Positions 1 to 9,728 of a stretch of 64,000 nt of DNA are shown here, one piece after another; the stretch's first letter is position 1, and each line of letters opens with the position of its first letter. Origin of the DNA: Patescibacteria group bacterium UBA3533 (GTDB taxonomy: Bacteria; Patescibacteriota; Minisyncoccia; Phycocordibacterales; Phycocordibacteraceae); NCBI GenBank assembly GCA_002376865.1, contig DFOU01000011.1, positions 16,969-80,968 on the forward strand, given 5' to 3'. The notes below the pieces were generated by a model. It was not told the origin of the DNA. It worked only from the letters and a program-made list of their open reading frames with translations, and did not search any database. Position numbers and translations under genes: made by a program.

Positions 1-712
1 CTAGAGTTGAGATGTAGTTTGTGAGAGCATCAAACCATACGTACATAACTTGAGAGTCATCTCCAGGAACTGGCACACCCCATGAAAGTCGTTCCTTCTC
101 TCGAGAAATACTAAAGTCTTCAAGTCCATTTTTTACAAACTCAATTGCTTCCTTTCGCCTCCAATCAGGAATGATAGAGTCTTCCCTCTCTAGATACTTT
201 GGAAGTGCATCTTGGTAGTTACTAAACCTAAAGAAGTAATTCTCCTCTTCAATTTCAACTGGGTCCATTGTTGGATGGTTTGGACACTTCCCATCTACAA
301 GCTCACTCTCCTTTAGAAAAGCTTCATCCCCTACACAGTACAATCCCTTGTACTTCTTTTTATAAATATCTCCCTTTGCCTCGCACCTTTTCCAAATTTC
401 CTGTGCTGCTTTTATATGATTTTCATCTGTTGTTCTGATGAATGCATCGTTTGAAAGATTGAGAGCTTCCTTCAGTTTTTTAAACTGCTCAGCAAAATGA
501 TCTACATACTCTTGTACATCTTTTCCTTCTTCTTCTGCTTTCTGAAGAATCTTTTGTCCGTGCTCGTCTGTTCCTGTACTAAAAAAGACGTCATTTCCTT
601 GTAGTCGCCAGTGACGGGCCAAAAGATCTGCTTGGAGAATTTCAAGTGCAAAACCAACATGCGGATCCGCATTTACGTATGGAAGCGTAGTTGTTATGTA
701 CTTATTTGTCAT
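1..712 (-). CDS. metG: methionine--tRNA ligase, N-terminal part (C-terminus lies beyond the window start)
   Basis: Minus-strand translation from ATG at 710-712: MTNKYITTTLPYVNADPHVGFALE...FFSTGTDEHGQKI, the MetRS-type TGTDEHGQKI motif. Edge ORF not in the ORF track. Confidence 0.8.
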   Translation of the reverse strand, partial: MTNKYITTTLPYVNADPHVGFALEILQADLLARHWRLQGNDVFFSTGTDEHGQKILQKAEEEGKDVQEYVDHFAEQFKKLKEALNLSNDAFIRTTDENHIKAAQEIWKRCEAKGDIYKKKYKGLYCVGDEAFLKESELVDGKCPNHPTMDPVEIEEENYFFRFSNYQDALPKYLEREDSIIPDWRRKEAIEFVKNGLEDFSISREKERLSWGVPVPGDDSQVMYVWFDALTNYISTL

Positions 713-795
713 TCCCTTGAGGGTATCACAGGTTCTCGTCTTGCTCTACAAATAAAAATGGGGTACTTTCATGGAGGAAATTAGGGAGGTTCCTT

Positions 796-1071
796 ATGGG
801 GCAGGAGTGCAATCATACACCCGGTGTGGTGGATGAAGCTTATTGTAAACAGATTTCAAGTGTGCCAGCACGTGCTGAGAGATGTGCTGAATGCACATGC
901 AAGTGGCGCGTGACCGGAACAAAGCCGGCAGATCCAGAAGACGGACTTCCTGTTACAAGCAGGCGGTTTGAGAAAATGGGGACTCTCGCGCTCCAAGGTC
1001 ATTCTTCAAGCAACAGCTCCTTTGGTGCTGGAGGAGGCACACAACAGTCAGCGCGTATTGGAAGCCGTTGA
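796..1071 (+). CDS. hypothetical small Cys-rich protein (91 aa)
   Basis: ORF-track ORF. AGGGAGG at 784-790, 5 nt before the ATG. Hairpin terminator directly after the stop (1078-1102). Locally GC-rich. Confidence 0.4.
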   Translation: MGQECNHTPGVVDEAYCKQISSVPARAERCAECTCKWRVTGTKPADPEDGLPVTSRRFEKMGTLALQGHSSSNSSFGAGGGTQQSARIGSR

Positions 1072-1077
1072 CAAAAA

Positions 1078-1108
1078 GGCCGTCGAGCATTCTCGACGGC
1101 CTTTCTCT
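1078..1108 (-). terminator. bidirectional intrinsic terminator (ggccgtcgag / ctcgacggcc stem)
   Basis: Inverted repeat at 1078-1102 with an A-run on one side and a T-rich stretch on the other. Lies between the convergent 3' ends of the 796 ORF and the AI-2E gene. Confidence 0.6.
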
Positions 1109-2154
1109 TATGCTGCTTCTCGCTTTTGCTGGAAATCGTGCACAAGCTCCTGGATACCAGCTGCTATAGGCACAGCAAGAATTACACCAATAACTCCAGC
1201 TAACTGTCCTCCTGCAATAATGGCAAGGATCACAAGAAGTGGTGGCACTCCAATCACCTTCTTAACTACAAGTGGGTAGATAAGATTTCCCTGGAATTGA
1301 TTTACTACCAAGAAGAGTCCCGCAACAATAAAGGCAAGTGTTGCTCCTCCATCTACAAGCGCAACCATAACTCCTGGAATTGCAGCGATAATAGATCCAA
1401 ATACCGGGATAAGCTCCAAGACTGCAGCAAAAACTGCGAGCAAGAGAGCGTACGGCACACCAAGGATCATAAGTCCAAGGTATACAAGGATTCCAATAAT
1501 GAAAGAGAGCATGAGCTGTCCTTGCATCCATAGTCCAATCTTTCGCTGAGACCTTCTCCATAGATCGATTACATAATCCTGATGCTTTGTTGGCGTAACA
1601 ATCCGTAGGAAATCATCAATTCCTTGCTCTCGTACTGCAAAGTAGAATGAGAGAACAATAGTAAGGAATAGTGAGAAGATACCTCCAAAGATTGTTGCCA
1701 GAAGCCGTACGATTCCCTCCCCAGTATCTGAGAATGACTCCTGCAGAGAAAGCAGTGAATCGAGAATAGTTGTTTTAGCTGATGTTGTTTCAGCTCCAAG
1801 GATTCCTGCATTTCCAATTGAAGTTGGAAGCTCCACCGTCTCAAGGTATTGAGGAAGAAGCGCTAGGAATGATTGTGCCTCGTCGAGTACTGGTGGGATA
1901 AAGTAATAGATACCTACAAAAATACTTCCAAATACCAGCAGGTACATGATGATTACAGAGAGTACGCGGTGCAATCGCAAATGCTTTTTGAAAAACTCTA
2001 CTCCTGGCTCAATGGCAGACGCCAAAACAATGGCTGTAAGTACCAAAAGAAGCAGTTCTCGTAGTACAAAAATCGCATATGCTCCAATAAGCACTAGTAG
2101 AATTTTGATAACGCTCCCTGCTGTTATTGAGATATTGATTGGTCCCTTTGTCAT
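1108..2154 (-). CDS. AI-2E family (PerM/UPF0118-like) membrane transporter
   Basis: 348-aa polytopic membrane protein; overall pattern typical of the AI-2E transporter family. Confidence 0.55.
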   Translation of the reverse strand: MTKGPINISITAGSVIKILLVLIGAYAIFVLRELLLLVLTAIVLASAIEPGVEFFKKHLRLHRVLSVIIMYLLVFGSIFVGIYYFIPPVLDEAQSFLALLPQYLETVELPTSIGNAGILGAETTSAKTTILDSLLSLQESFSDTGEGIVRLLATIFGGIFSLFLTIVLSFYFAVREQGIDDFLRIVTPTKHQDYVIDLWRRSQRKIGLWMQGQLMLSFIIGILVYLGLMILGVPYALLLAVFAAVLELIPVFGSIIAAIPGVMVALVDGGATLAFIVAGLFLVVNQFQGNLIYPLVVKKVIGVPPLLVILAIIAGGQLAGVIGVILAVPIAAGIQELVHDFQQKREAA

Positions 2155-2166
2155 AGGGCTATCTTA

Positions 2167-3537
2167 TCACGATAGTTTTGAAATCAGATCCTCGATCTTC
2201 ACACGTTCCTGTTCTGCAGTGTCTCGGTTACGTACTGTAACGTCATTTCCTTCAAGAGAGTCAAAATCAACGGTCACACAATATGGCGTTCCAATCTCAT
2301 CTTGCCTTCTGTATCGCTTTCCAATGTTTCCATTGTCATCAAACATTACATTTCCAAACTCTTTCTTTAAAGCTGTAAATACTTCCCTTGCCTTCTCTAC
2401 AAGCTCAGGCTTGTTCTTAAGAAGTGGAAATACAGCAACAGTAACTGGAGCAAGATGCCTTGGTAGAGCTAGAACAGTTCTAATATTCCCATCAACCTCA
2501 TCTTCTACGTAGTTATCAAGCAATGTAAACAACATTGCACGACCAAGACCACCTGATGTTTCAATAATATGAGGAGTTATTTTATTTCCTTCCCCATCTA
2601 TATATTGCATTGATGTACCAGAATACTCTTGATGCCGACGAAGATCCCAATCTCCTCGATGGTGTATCCCCCAAGCTTCTTTCCACCCAAATGGAGTTTT
2701 ATATTCAATATCCCAAGCTTCTTTTGCATAATGTGCCATTTCATCTTTCTCATGCTGCCTGAAGCGAAGATTTTCTTCTTTTATTCCCAGACCTTTATAC
2801 CATTCCATACTAAAGGCTTTCCAAAATTCATACCAACGCTCACCCTCTTCTTTAGTTGGCGCGATGTAATACTGAAGCTCCATTTGCTCAAACTCTCGCA
2901 CACGAAATAAAAACTGACCTGGAACAATTTCATTTCGAAAAGCTTTTCCTATTTGACCTATACCAAAGGGAAGCTTTGGACGCATTGAGTCTAAAACATT
3001 CTTAAAATTAACTTGTACTCCCTGCGTAATCTCTCCACGAAGGTATGCCTTATCTTTTGAACCATCTACAGCACCAAGGTACGTCTCCATAAGGAGGTTA
3101 AATACTTTTGGCTTTCCTAGTGCGTTCCCATCAGGACTTTTGAGTTCAAGCTCGTCAATTTTCTCCCCCATTTCTTCAATACTCATATTGAACGTTTCAA
3201 CTCCTGCATCCTCAAGAACATGGTCTGCACGATATCGTTTCTTTGTTTCTACATCCTCTACAAGTGGATCAGTAAAAGATTCTGTATGACCAGAGGCTTC
3301 CCACACCTTCTCTGGCATAAGAATTGAAGCTGAAATTTTGTACATTTCCTCTCGATCTTCTACAAACTTTTTTGTCCAATACTTTTTTATATTCTCATTT
3401 AAAATAGACCCAAGTGGACCAAGATCCCATACACCAGAGAGACCTCCATAGATTTCAGAACCTTGAAAAACAAACCCTCGACGCTTTGCGAGAGAAATAA
3501 GCTTTTCCATTTTGTTTTCTACTTCGTGATTTGCCAT
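2167..3537 (-). CDS. glyQS: glycine--tRNA ligase (class II, GlyQS type)
   Basis: N-terminus LAKRRGFVFQGSEIYGGLSGVWDLGPLG is the characteristic GlyRS start; 456 aa. Confidence 0.85.
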   Translation of the reverse strand: MANHEVENKMEKLISLAKRRGFVFQGSEIYGGLSGVWDLGPLGSILNENIKKYWTKKFVEDREEMYKISASILMPEKVWEASGHTESFTDPLVEDVETKKRYRADHVLEDAGVETFNMSIEEMGEKIDELELKSPDGNALGKPKVFNLLMETYLGAVDGSKDKAYLRGEITQGVQVNFKNVLDSMRPKLPFGIGQIGKAFRNEIVPGQFLFRVREFEQMELQYYIAPTKEEGERWYEFWKAFSMEWYKGLGIKEENLRFRQHEKDEMAHYAKEAWDIEYKTPFGWKEAWGIHHRGDWDLRRHQEYSGTSMQYIDGEGNKITPHIIETSGGLGRAMLFTLLDNYVEDEVDGNIRTVLALPRHLAPVTVAVFPLLKNKPELVEKAREVFTALKKEFGNVMFDDNGNIGKRYRRQDEIGTPYCVTVDFDSLEGNDVTVRNRDTAEQERVKIEDLISKLS

Positions 3538-3538
3538 A

Positions 3539-5416
3539 TTAGTTACTTACTACTCCTTGTGCTCCAGTATATGACGGATCGTCTGTAATTGCAGTAGTTT
3601 TGGCTCCTCCTATGGTTTGTACGGTTGTTTGTGTGAAGCGGTCAAATCCTTCAAAGATTTGCTGCCCAACAACTTGGATTACATCTCCTGCTTGAGAAGA
3701 TTGCGGTGTAATACCAACCTGGAGTGCAACAGTCTTTGAAGAGTGCGCTGGAATCTCTCCAATATTCCACGATACTTCCCCTGTTCTCTCATCGTGAGTG
3801 ATAGCAGCTGAAAGTGGTGTCTGTGCTCCAGTAAATGTCGCATACGATGGCAATACAAATCGCACAGCAGAGTTTGCAATAGTATTTGTTGTATTTCCTG
3901 CAATCAATGTGAGCGTGTACGTGCTTAACTCCCCTGCCTTTGGTGGCCATGGTCCAATATTTGTAAATGGTCCTGTTGTTCTTGTGAGAGACGTAGCGAG
4001 AGATAGTGCTGACGCAACAGAGATATCACGCTCTACTTTATTCGTTACAGTAGAAGGAGCTCCGCTTCCAACTTCACGCCCTGAGACAGTTCCTACTATG
4101 TCGAGTGCTGGATTTCGAGCAGATCCAAGCTCGGCTGTTGTTTTTATAGGGAGCGTGAATGTTACGGTTCCACGCTCTTCTGGATCAAGTGTCGCAAGCT
4201 CTGAGTTTGTTTCCTTATTAAAGGTAATTGTTTTTGTTCCTGCATTATAGAATCCTCTTCCCGCTGAGATACGCGTTTCATCAAATGCATTTCCTGAGAA
4301 AGTAATAGTGATTTCTGCATCAAAGATCTGACTATCGAGATTATTTTTCCACGTAAGGCGCCCTGTTAGATCATCACCTGCATCCACGGTAAGAGATTCG
4401 CTTGCGTCCCCATCGAGAGACATTGAGACTGCAAGCTGACTATCTACGAGTGCAACTTTTACATCTTGCTCCATATAGATGAGTCCTAGGCTGTTTCCTC
4501 CAGGAGATAGATCAGTTCCAATATATGCATTAATAAATCTCTCATCTCCAGAGTTTCCTACAATGTCTCCTGTTATCGTTACTGTCTCTTTCTCTCCTGG
4601 CTTAAGGGTTCCAAGGTCCCACACATTATTTCCAATGTCTGCTGTTGGATTAGCATCGCGCACCGAATATCCAAATGGATACTCCAGAAGGAGCACTGCA
4701 TTGGGTACTGACTCTTCGGAATTTGTCTGCACCGTTATTGTTGTACTAAAACTCTCACCAGGAGCTACCTCCTCTGGTGCTGAGAGTGTTACGGCAAGCG
4801 GCGCACTCGTTATGATCACAGGATAGACCTCCTCCTTTACTACAATAGCGTTTGAGCTCTCTGGTCTAAATTCAATACGAAGTTTAATTTCCTTTTCCTC
4901 TCCCTCAGTTCCAAACAAGACTCCCTCAAAAGCTAACTCTTTCTTTTCTCCTGGCTTTAGAGGACCAAGTGAGAGAGTTTTGTATTGTAATTCGCGACTT
5001 ACATCGAGTGCATCACGTGTTCCTGTTGGGAATGTAACGGTAAGTTCCGCAAATGGAAGATTCACTGGGTTGGTGTTCTTTACCGTTGCTTGAATCAACA
5101 CACTCTCCCCCGATGCAATTGCTGGAGGGATCTCTACATTAAATTCAATGTTTTTAGGAGATACGGTTCGTCCTCCCTGCAGTACGAAAAATGCAGCAAT
5201 GATTATTGCGAGAGCAAAAAATCCTGCAGATCCCAGAAGGAACCATGTGGCATAGGGCTTGTGTGGTTTTTCTTCTTTTTGAACAGGAGGAGTCCATGCT
5301 TCTTGCTCAGTTGCTTCAGGTACTGTTGTTTTAACTTTTGGAGAAAATCCCCGCCTTGAGGCGGTTTTCTTATATAAATCAGTTCGTAGAGAGTCTAATT
5401 TACCCTTCTCACTCAT
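3539..5416 (-). CDS. membrane-anchored surface protein with repeated Ig-like (CARDB/DUF11-like) modules
   Basis: Internal start MSEKGKLD followed by a TM helix (FLLGSAGFFALAIIIAAFFVL). Repeated modules such as LGPLKPGEKKELAFEGVLFG and LGTLKPGEKETVTITGDIVG. Confidence 0.55.
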   Translation of the reverse strand: MSEKGKLDSLRTDLYKKTASRRGFSPKVKTTVPEATEQEAWTPPVQKEEKPHKPYATWFLLGSAGFFALAIIIAAFFVLQGGRTVSPKNIEFNVEIPPAIASGESVLIQATVKNTNPVNLPFAELTVTFPTGTRDALDVSRELQYKTLSLGPLKPGEKKELAFEGVLFGTEGEEKEIKLRIEFRPESSNAIVVKEEVYPVIITSAPLAVTLSAPEEVAPGESFSTTITVQTNSEESVPNAVLLLEYPFGYSVRDANPTADIGNNVWDLGTLKPGEKETVTITGDIVGNSGDERFINAYIGTDLSPGGNSLGLIYMEQDVKVALVDSQLAVSMSLDGDASESLTVDAGDDLTGRLTWKNNLDSQIFDAEITITFSGNAFDETRISAGRGFYNAGTKTITFNKETNSELATLDPEERGTVTFTLPIKTTAELGSARNPALDIVGTVSGREVGSGAPSTVTNKVERDISVASALSLATSLTRTTGPFTNIGPWPPKAGELSTYTLTLIAGNTTNTIANSAVRFVLPSYATFTGAQTPLSAAITHDERTGEVSWNIGEIPAHSSKTVALQVGITPQSSQAGDVIQVVGQQIFEGFDRFTQTTVQTIGGAKTTAITDDPSYTGAQGVVSN

Positions 5417-5615
5417 GTAGGAAACTATACCATTACTTAAGTATTTGTTGACAATAATTTTTAAATACAGCACCATCATTTTAGATCTGTGTACCTTGGC
5501 AGTGAAAGAGACTTGCAGTGTATGTATTTGGTCGAAAACCAAATATTATACGAGGCACGAACGGCCTCCATGCTCTCTGGCCACGAACGGCCGCACACAA
5601 GGTGGAGTACAACAA

Positions 5616-6242
5616 ATGTCCGAACTCTATATTCCTGACATGTTACGTGAGGATATCATTCCCGACTCTCTTTTCAGACAATGGGAAAAGAAGCATCACG
5701 ATGGCATCACAAGAGACCTTATTCGTGAGCATTTGGACCAAAAAAACTGGGCCGCCCTCCTTCAGATGGGGACAGTCTTCTTCCTTCTTATCATTTTTCC
5801 TGCAATGTGTTTTCTAGTAGTAGTCGCCTGGGCAGAAGAACCAGAAGGGTTCATCTTGAAATGGAGCATGACTAGCGCTACTGTCACCACCCTTTTCTTT
5901 GGCATTCTTTGCTTACGTTATGGGGGCAGACACTCGAGAAAAGCAGGCGAATGCCTTGAGCGCTTTGCATCATTTTATGATGCGCTAAATAATACAGCTG
6001 ATGCGTTTGCAATGCCTTATTCAGAGCTGCATTTACTCATTCCAAATGGGAGAAGTCTTCTTGTGGAAGACGCAGGAAAAATCTTGAGATTGCAGAAAAA
6101 AGAAGAACGTTTCAAAGTAAAACTCTCTTCAAAAGAACGAGTTGATCTTGAAAATAGTTTCCGCGGTAAGTTTGATGCATTAAAAGCATTCGGGGTTGTG
6201 TCAGGTGGATATGGCCCAATCTTTGCTGATGCTCAGAAATAA
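5616..6242 (+). CDS. hypothetical membrane protein
   Basis: AAGGTGGAG RBS upstream of ATG 5616 (MSELYIPDML...). Two TM segments. Hairpin terminator at 6247-6283. Confidence 0.5.
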   Translation: MSELYIPDMLREDIIPDSLFRQWEKKHHDGITRDLIREHLDQKNWAALLQMGTVFFLLIIFPAMCFLVVVAWAEEPEGFILKWSMTSATVTTLFFGILCLRYGGRHSRKAGECLERFASFYDALNNTADAFAMPYSELHLLIPNGRSLLVEDAGKILRLQKKEERFKVKLSSKERVDLENSFRGKFDALKAFGVVSGGYGPIFADAQK

Positions 6243-6246
6243 CTAC

Positions 6247-6283
6247 AGCCCGACCACATTTGTGGTCGGGCTTTTCTTATTTC
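6247..6283 (+). terminator. intrinsic terminator
   Basis: agcccgaccacatttgtggtcgggct hairpin followed by tttcttatttc. Confidence 0.65.
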
Positions 6284-6561
6284 TCTAATTCTTCCTCAAG
6301 TATAAAGAGAGTAAGTTTTTTATGGCTTCCAATCTCGTATTACAAAACTCTTTCCTTTACGCTCTACTATTACCTTCTGGCCATCTCTCCAGCGAAGCGC
6401 ACGGACATCATCTATGGGGAGTGTTATAGAAATACTCCCTCCTCCGTTTTTGTTTAATTTACGTACGTTATAGTCTTCTTGTTTTTTACGTCCCATATTT
6501 TTAGTGTAGCAGAGAAATTCGGGAGTTATTCGGGAGTGTTTACAATATTTTAATTCTTCTA

Positions 6562-6596
6562 AAGAAAAGAGTCCTTGGTGTTATCAAGGACTCTAT
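6562..6596 (-). terminator. intrinsic terminator for the 6601-6849 gene
   Basis: agagtccttg / caaggactct stem; T-rich tract on the minus strand after the stem. Confidence 0.5.
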
Positions 6597-6600
6597 AAAG

Positions 6601-6849
6601 TCAGTTGTTATTGAGAACGGTTCGCATAACCCAGAAGAGTACGCCCGCAATAATTACAATCAAATGCGCATTATGCGCAGCGAAATCCATGATTGCATCC
6701 CAATCACCATCAAAAAGAAAGTAACCGATGATTATGAACCCCGGCAGTGAGACGACATGCACTATCCTCTGGGCAATCAAGTACGGGTCAATCTTTGCTT
6801 TCCTTTTTTTGGCAGGAGGCGACGCTCTTGAACGAATCAATAAAAGCAT
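6601..6849 (-). CDS. small membrane protein (82 aa)
   Basis: Two predicted TM helices. Sits immediately downstream of the YbjQ-like gene in a GC-elevated segment. Confidence 0.45.
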   Translation of the reverse strand: MLLLIRSRASPPAKKRKAKIDPYLIAQRIVHVVSLPGFIIIGYFLFDGDWDAIMDFAAHNAHLIVIIAGVLFWVMRTVLNNN

Positions 6850-6858
6850 TTTCGCCCC

Positions 6859-7257
6859 CTAGCTCGTCGCTGTAGCGATCGGCATTTGCCGGAAATCTCC
6901 GGTTCTCTTGAGTGCATTTGCAACACACGTCACTTCAACAACTTGTGTTGCGTCCTTGAGAATCCATTCTTGCACAAGAACAAGATCAGCCCCAAGGGCC
7001 TTTGCCTCTGCCTCAACTTCGGCAAGAGCTTCCTTCCGGGCTAGGCGTGCAGTTTCAGAAACTGAGCGCACATGACCTTTCTCGAACAGGTTTCGAATAG
7101 AGCGGCCTAAACCACTCGTTCCCATACTGATTGCGGCTACGCCGACAACCACCTGAAGGGGTTCGTACCCTGCAGCAAGCAGAGCATAAAGTTCTGGACC
7201 GGTAAGCTCAGCGCTTTTTGTAGCACCGAGCTTGGACTCATGTTCTTCCTCTGACAA
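6859..7257 (-). CDS. YbjQ/UPF0145 (DUF74) family protein
   Basis: GYEPLQVVVGVAAISMG...EAEAKALGADLVLVQEW follows the YbjQ family pattern. TTG start preceded by AAGGAG. About 52% GC. Confidence 0.65.
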   Translation of the reverse strand: MSEEEHESKLGATKSAELTGPELYALLAAGYEPLQVVVGVAAISMGTSGLGRSIRNLFEKGHVRSVSETARLARKEALAEVEAEAKALGADLVLVQEWILKDATQVVEVTCVANALKRTGDFRQMPIATATS

Positions 7258-7396
7258 AACACCTATCTCCTTTAGTTGCGTCTGACAAGAAAGTACAATA
7301 AATAACTAGACTGGTCAATCTTTCGTCTTAATTGACAAAACATAATCTTTATTGCACCTTACCTTTTAGAATCCAGATACAGAAAGGAAGCTTGAG

Positions 7397-8059
7397 ATGT
7401 CCGGTTCTCAAACACCAGAGATACTTGAGACGCTATCAGCACTTGTTGATCTAGGAGACCATCTCCTAATCAACTTTAGTACCGGGGAAATATGTGGTGC
7501 CGAGCTGAATGTAAAACACAGACCTTCAGTTGAACAATTCATACCTACCATCGTCAAAGACCTGCTTGATCAGGTGTTAAAAGCAGGTATCGAATTTGAC
7601 GCTGTGGTTGGAATTCCGACCGGAGGATGTGCATGGGCGAATGAATTTGCCAGGCAGGTGCTTGCTGAGAAGGCGGGAGTTTACCAACACCAGCTTTGCA
7701 AAGGAGACAACAGTTGGGAATTTTTAATTCTTAATCCGGCAAATATTCAAGAGGGGACAAGATTTATAGTTGTTGATGATGTCATCTACAATGGCCAGGC
7801 ATCAAGACTTGTCACCAACCTACTTGAAGCTGCTGGGTGTGAGGTTGTCTGTTTTGCCTTCCCTGTCGCCGTCAGCAATACCGGAGTTGAATTTTGGGAA
7901 CATTTTGACATTCCAGCATTTGTGACTTATGACGGCGCTTTCATAAAAAACTACCTCAAGAAGTACTGCAACGAGGAAGGGGTTCCTGAAGAATCGGTAC
8001 GAGGTGGTTGGCGCAAGAAATCCCAGCAGCGGCTCGCGCACGTAGCTGGAAGCGGCTAA
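7397..8059 (+). CDS. type I phosphoribosyltransferase-domain protein (orotate-PRTase-like)
   Basis: GIEFDAVVGIPTGG and the PRPP-binding loop RFIVVDDVIYNGQASR. AAAGGAAG RBS. Confidence 0.65.
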   Translation: MSGSQTPEILETLSALVDLGDHLLINFSTGEICGAELNVKHRPSVEQFIPTIVKDLLDQVLKAGIEFDAVVGIPTGGCAWANEFARQVLAEKAGVYQHQLCKGDNSWEFLILNPANIQEGTRFIVVDDVIYNGQASRLVTNLLEAAGCEVVCFAFPVAVSNTGVEFWEHFDIPAFVTYDGAFIKNYLKKYCNEEGVPEESVRGGWRKKSQQRLAHVAGSG

Positions 8060-8085
8060 ATAAATTAGGGAAAGTTCCCTTACCT

Positions 8086-8116
8086 GCCGGCGGATTAGTT
8101 TCCGCCGGCTTTTTTT
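8086..8116 (+). terminator. intrinsic terminator (gccggcgg / ccgccggc stem plus T7)
   Basis: Perfect 8-bp GC stem followed by ttttttt. The stop codon of the convergent thermonuclease gene lies in its loop. Confidence 0.7.
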
Positions 8117-8874
8117 ATTCCTTTGTCTGCTGTCTGCCAAATGTTATTACACGCTGCACTTCTCTCGTATCCTGCTTCTAGCGCCTCTTCTTCAGTACAG
8201 AAATACTGCTCTCCTTTTCTTGGGTCTATCTTTACCCGCTTATAGTTAGGGCATCCTGGGAGGAAATAGTCTTTGGTATAACTCTTAGTTATATTTCCTT
8301 TAATTACACACTCCTTGGAGAAAGGATCGGCATCTTGCTCCCCCACCCTTGTTTCTTCTTGTATAGGGCAGCTATTCCAGAGTCCTACGTTATCTTCTTT
8401 TGCTTCTCGCTCATCTGCTTGCAGTTGACTTAAGTATGTTCTATTTGGTTGTACGTATACTTCTTTTGCATACCCCTTCTCTACCAGCATGCTGTTTACA
8501 AATAGATTGTCCTTCTCTGGGTCTTCTTCGTGTATGAAAACGTAGCGCAATAGCCTATCAAAGCTATCTTGTGCGGTTTGGTCCTTCTGCAAGAGTATTT
8601 CCTTTCCAAGGAGTGTCTTGGTTAGGTATTCCTTTGCTTCTTTCCCGTAGCAGGAGTTTAGCTCTGGTGCATCAATGTTTAAGAGTCTGATGCGGATGTT
8701 GTTTTCGATGATTATAGTGTCACCATCTACTACCTCTTCTACAAGGTGTGGTCTTTGTTCAAAGTTTGCACCATATACCTCATATGTTTTGTATACCTCG
8801 TACCCTCCGTATCCTCCTGCGGCTGCTACAAAGGCAAGTACTGCCATGATTACCTTGTGCGGGAGGGGTTTCAT
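8095..8874 (-). CDS. secreted thermonuclease (SNase-like) with Cys-rich C-terminal extension
   Basis: N-terminal signal/TM segment. DGDTIIIENNIRIRLLNIDAPE...YGKEAKEYL...RLLRYVF...NSMLVEKGYAKE matches the staphylococcal-nuclease fold motifs. Confidence 0.8.
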   Translation of the reverse strand: MKPLPHKVIMAVLAFVAAAGGYGGYEVYKTYEVYGANFEQRPHLVEEVVDGDTIIIENNIRIRLLNIDAPELNSCYGKEAKEYLTKTLLGKEILLQKDQTAQDSFDRLLRYVFIHEEDPEKDNLFVNSMLVEKGYAKEVYVQPNRTYLSQLQADEREAKEDNVGLWNSCPIQEETRVGEQDADPFSKECVIKGNITKSYTKDYFLPGCPNYKRVKIDPRKGEQYFCTEEEALEAGYERSAACNNIWQTADKGIKKAGGN

Positions 8875-8898
8875 TAGATTTAGTGTAGCAGGGTTTTG

Positions 8899-9444
8899 CT
8901 ATTTAAAAGATACTGGAGTGAGTTTTGTTTTTTTAAAATCTTTATCTGCAGTAATAATTTTTTTTAATCCATCGTTTTCCATAACTGAAAGATGGAATGC
9001 ATCTCCTGGAGCAAGTCCATAATTTTTTATTCCTTCCAAGGCCCTTGGAAGATGCAGATGATCTAATTTAGAAAAACTAATATAGCCACCGCTTTGTAGT
9101 GAGTTTACTGTGACATCAATATTTCCACTGATTGCTTTATAAGAAAAGTTTATTTTGTTAAAAACTAACTTGAGAGTAATTCCAGAAAAACTTAATTTTT
9201 CTAAAATGGTATTTATTTTCCTAATTCCTGGCCTATTCCCCCTAATTCTATTTTGAACTTTTCTGACAACACCCAGAAGTTCATAGATACAAAGCATTGA
9301 GGTTTTCATATTGCACTCGTTGACCAAAAGCCATACAAGCATTTTCTGAGCCTTTACATGATCAGGGTGTTCTGGTATAGAAATTCCGGCAAGAAAATTT
9401 GCATCTAGAAAAACACTCTCTTTTTGTGCAATTTTTACTGCCAT
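8899..9444 (-). CDS. PIN-domain protein (VapC-like nuclease, enlarged 181 aa)
   Basis: N-terminal VFLDANFL (first acidic motif), internal IYELLG Glu, and C-terminal GDAFHLSVMENDGLKKIITADKDF (third and fourth PIN motifs). AT-rich. Confidence 0.6.
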   Translation of the reverse strand: MAVKIAQKESVFLDANFLAGISIPEHPDHVKAQKMLVWLLVNECNMKTSMLCIYELLGVVRKVQNRIRGNRPGIRKINTILEKLSFSGITLKLVFNKINFSYKAISGNIDVTVNSLQSGGYISFSKLDHLHLPRALEGIKNYGLAPGDAFHLSVMENDGLKKIITADKDFKKTKLTPVSFK

Positions 9445-9725
9445 TAAATTTTCCCATCAAAATGATGTGGTTTTGCGCCAGCCAAGCTTACTGTGCCAAC
9501 AACATTACTTAAAAAATGTTTCTGTTTTTCATTAAGCTGCTTAAACAACTGATCTCCAACATTTTTCTTAATTAAATTAAGCCTTCTTTCACTTTCTTGG
9601 TCAAAGATTTCAAAAAATAAAGGGGTTGCACCTGAGCTTGTGGAGTAACGTGACGATGAGATAAAAAGCTCACTTGGAACTGAAGCGTAAATATTTGCGT
9701 CATCTAAAGGGAAGTATGGAATCAT
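9444..9725 (-). CDS. hypothetical protein (93 aa); possible partner of the PIN protein
   Basis: Stop overlaps the downstream PIN gene start (ATGA at 9444). No recognisable motif. Confidence 0.4.
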   Translation of the reverse strand: MIPYFPLDDANIYASVPSELFISSSRYSTSSGATPLFFEIFDQESERRLNLIKKNVGDQLFKQLNEKQKHFLSNVVGTVSLAGAKPHHFDGKI

Positions 9726-9728
9726 AAA

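Noticed and set aside
6499-8892. 13-15 nt direct repeat (tttagtgtagcag) flanking the GC-elevated islet as possible att sites
   Set aside because: An exact 13-mer repeat is expected by chance about 30 times in a 64-kb window. No integrase, transposase or longer repeat supports a mobile-element boundary. It is kept only as a weak note inside a finding.
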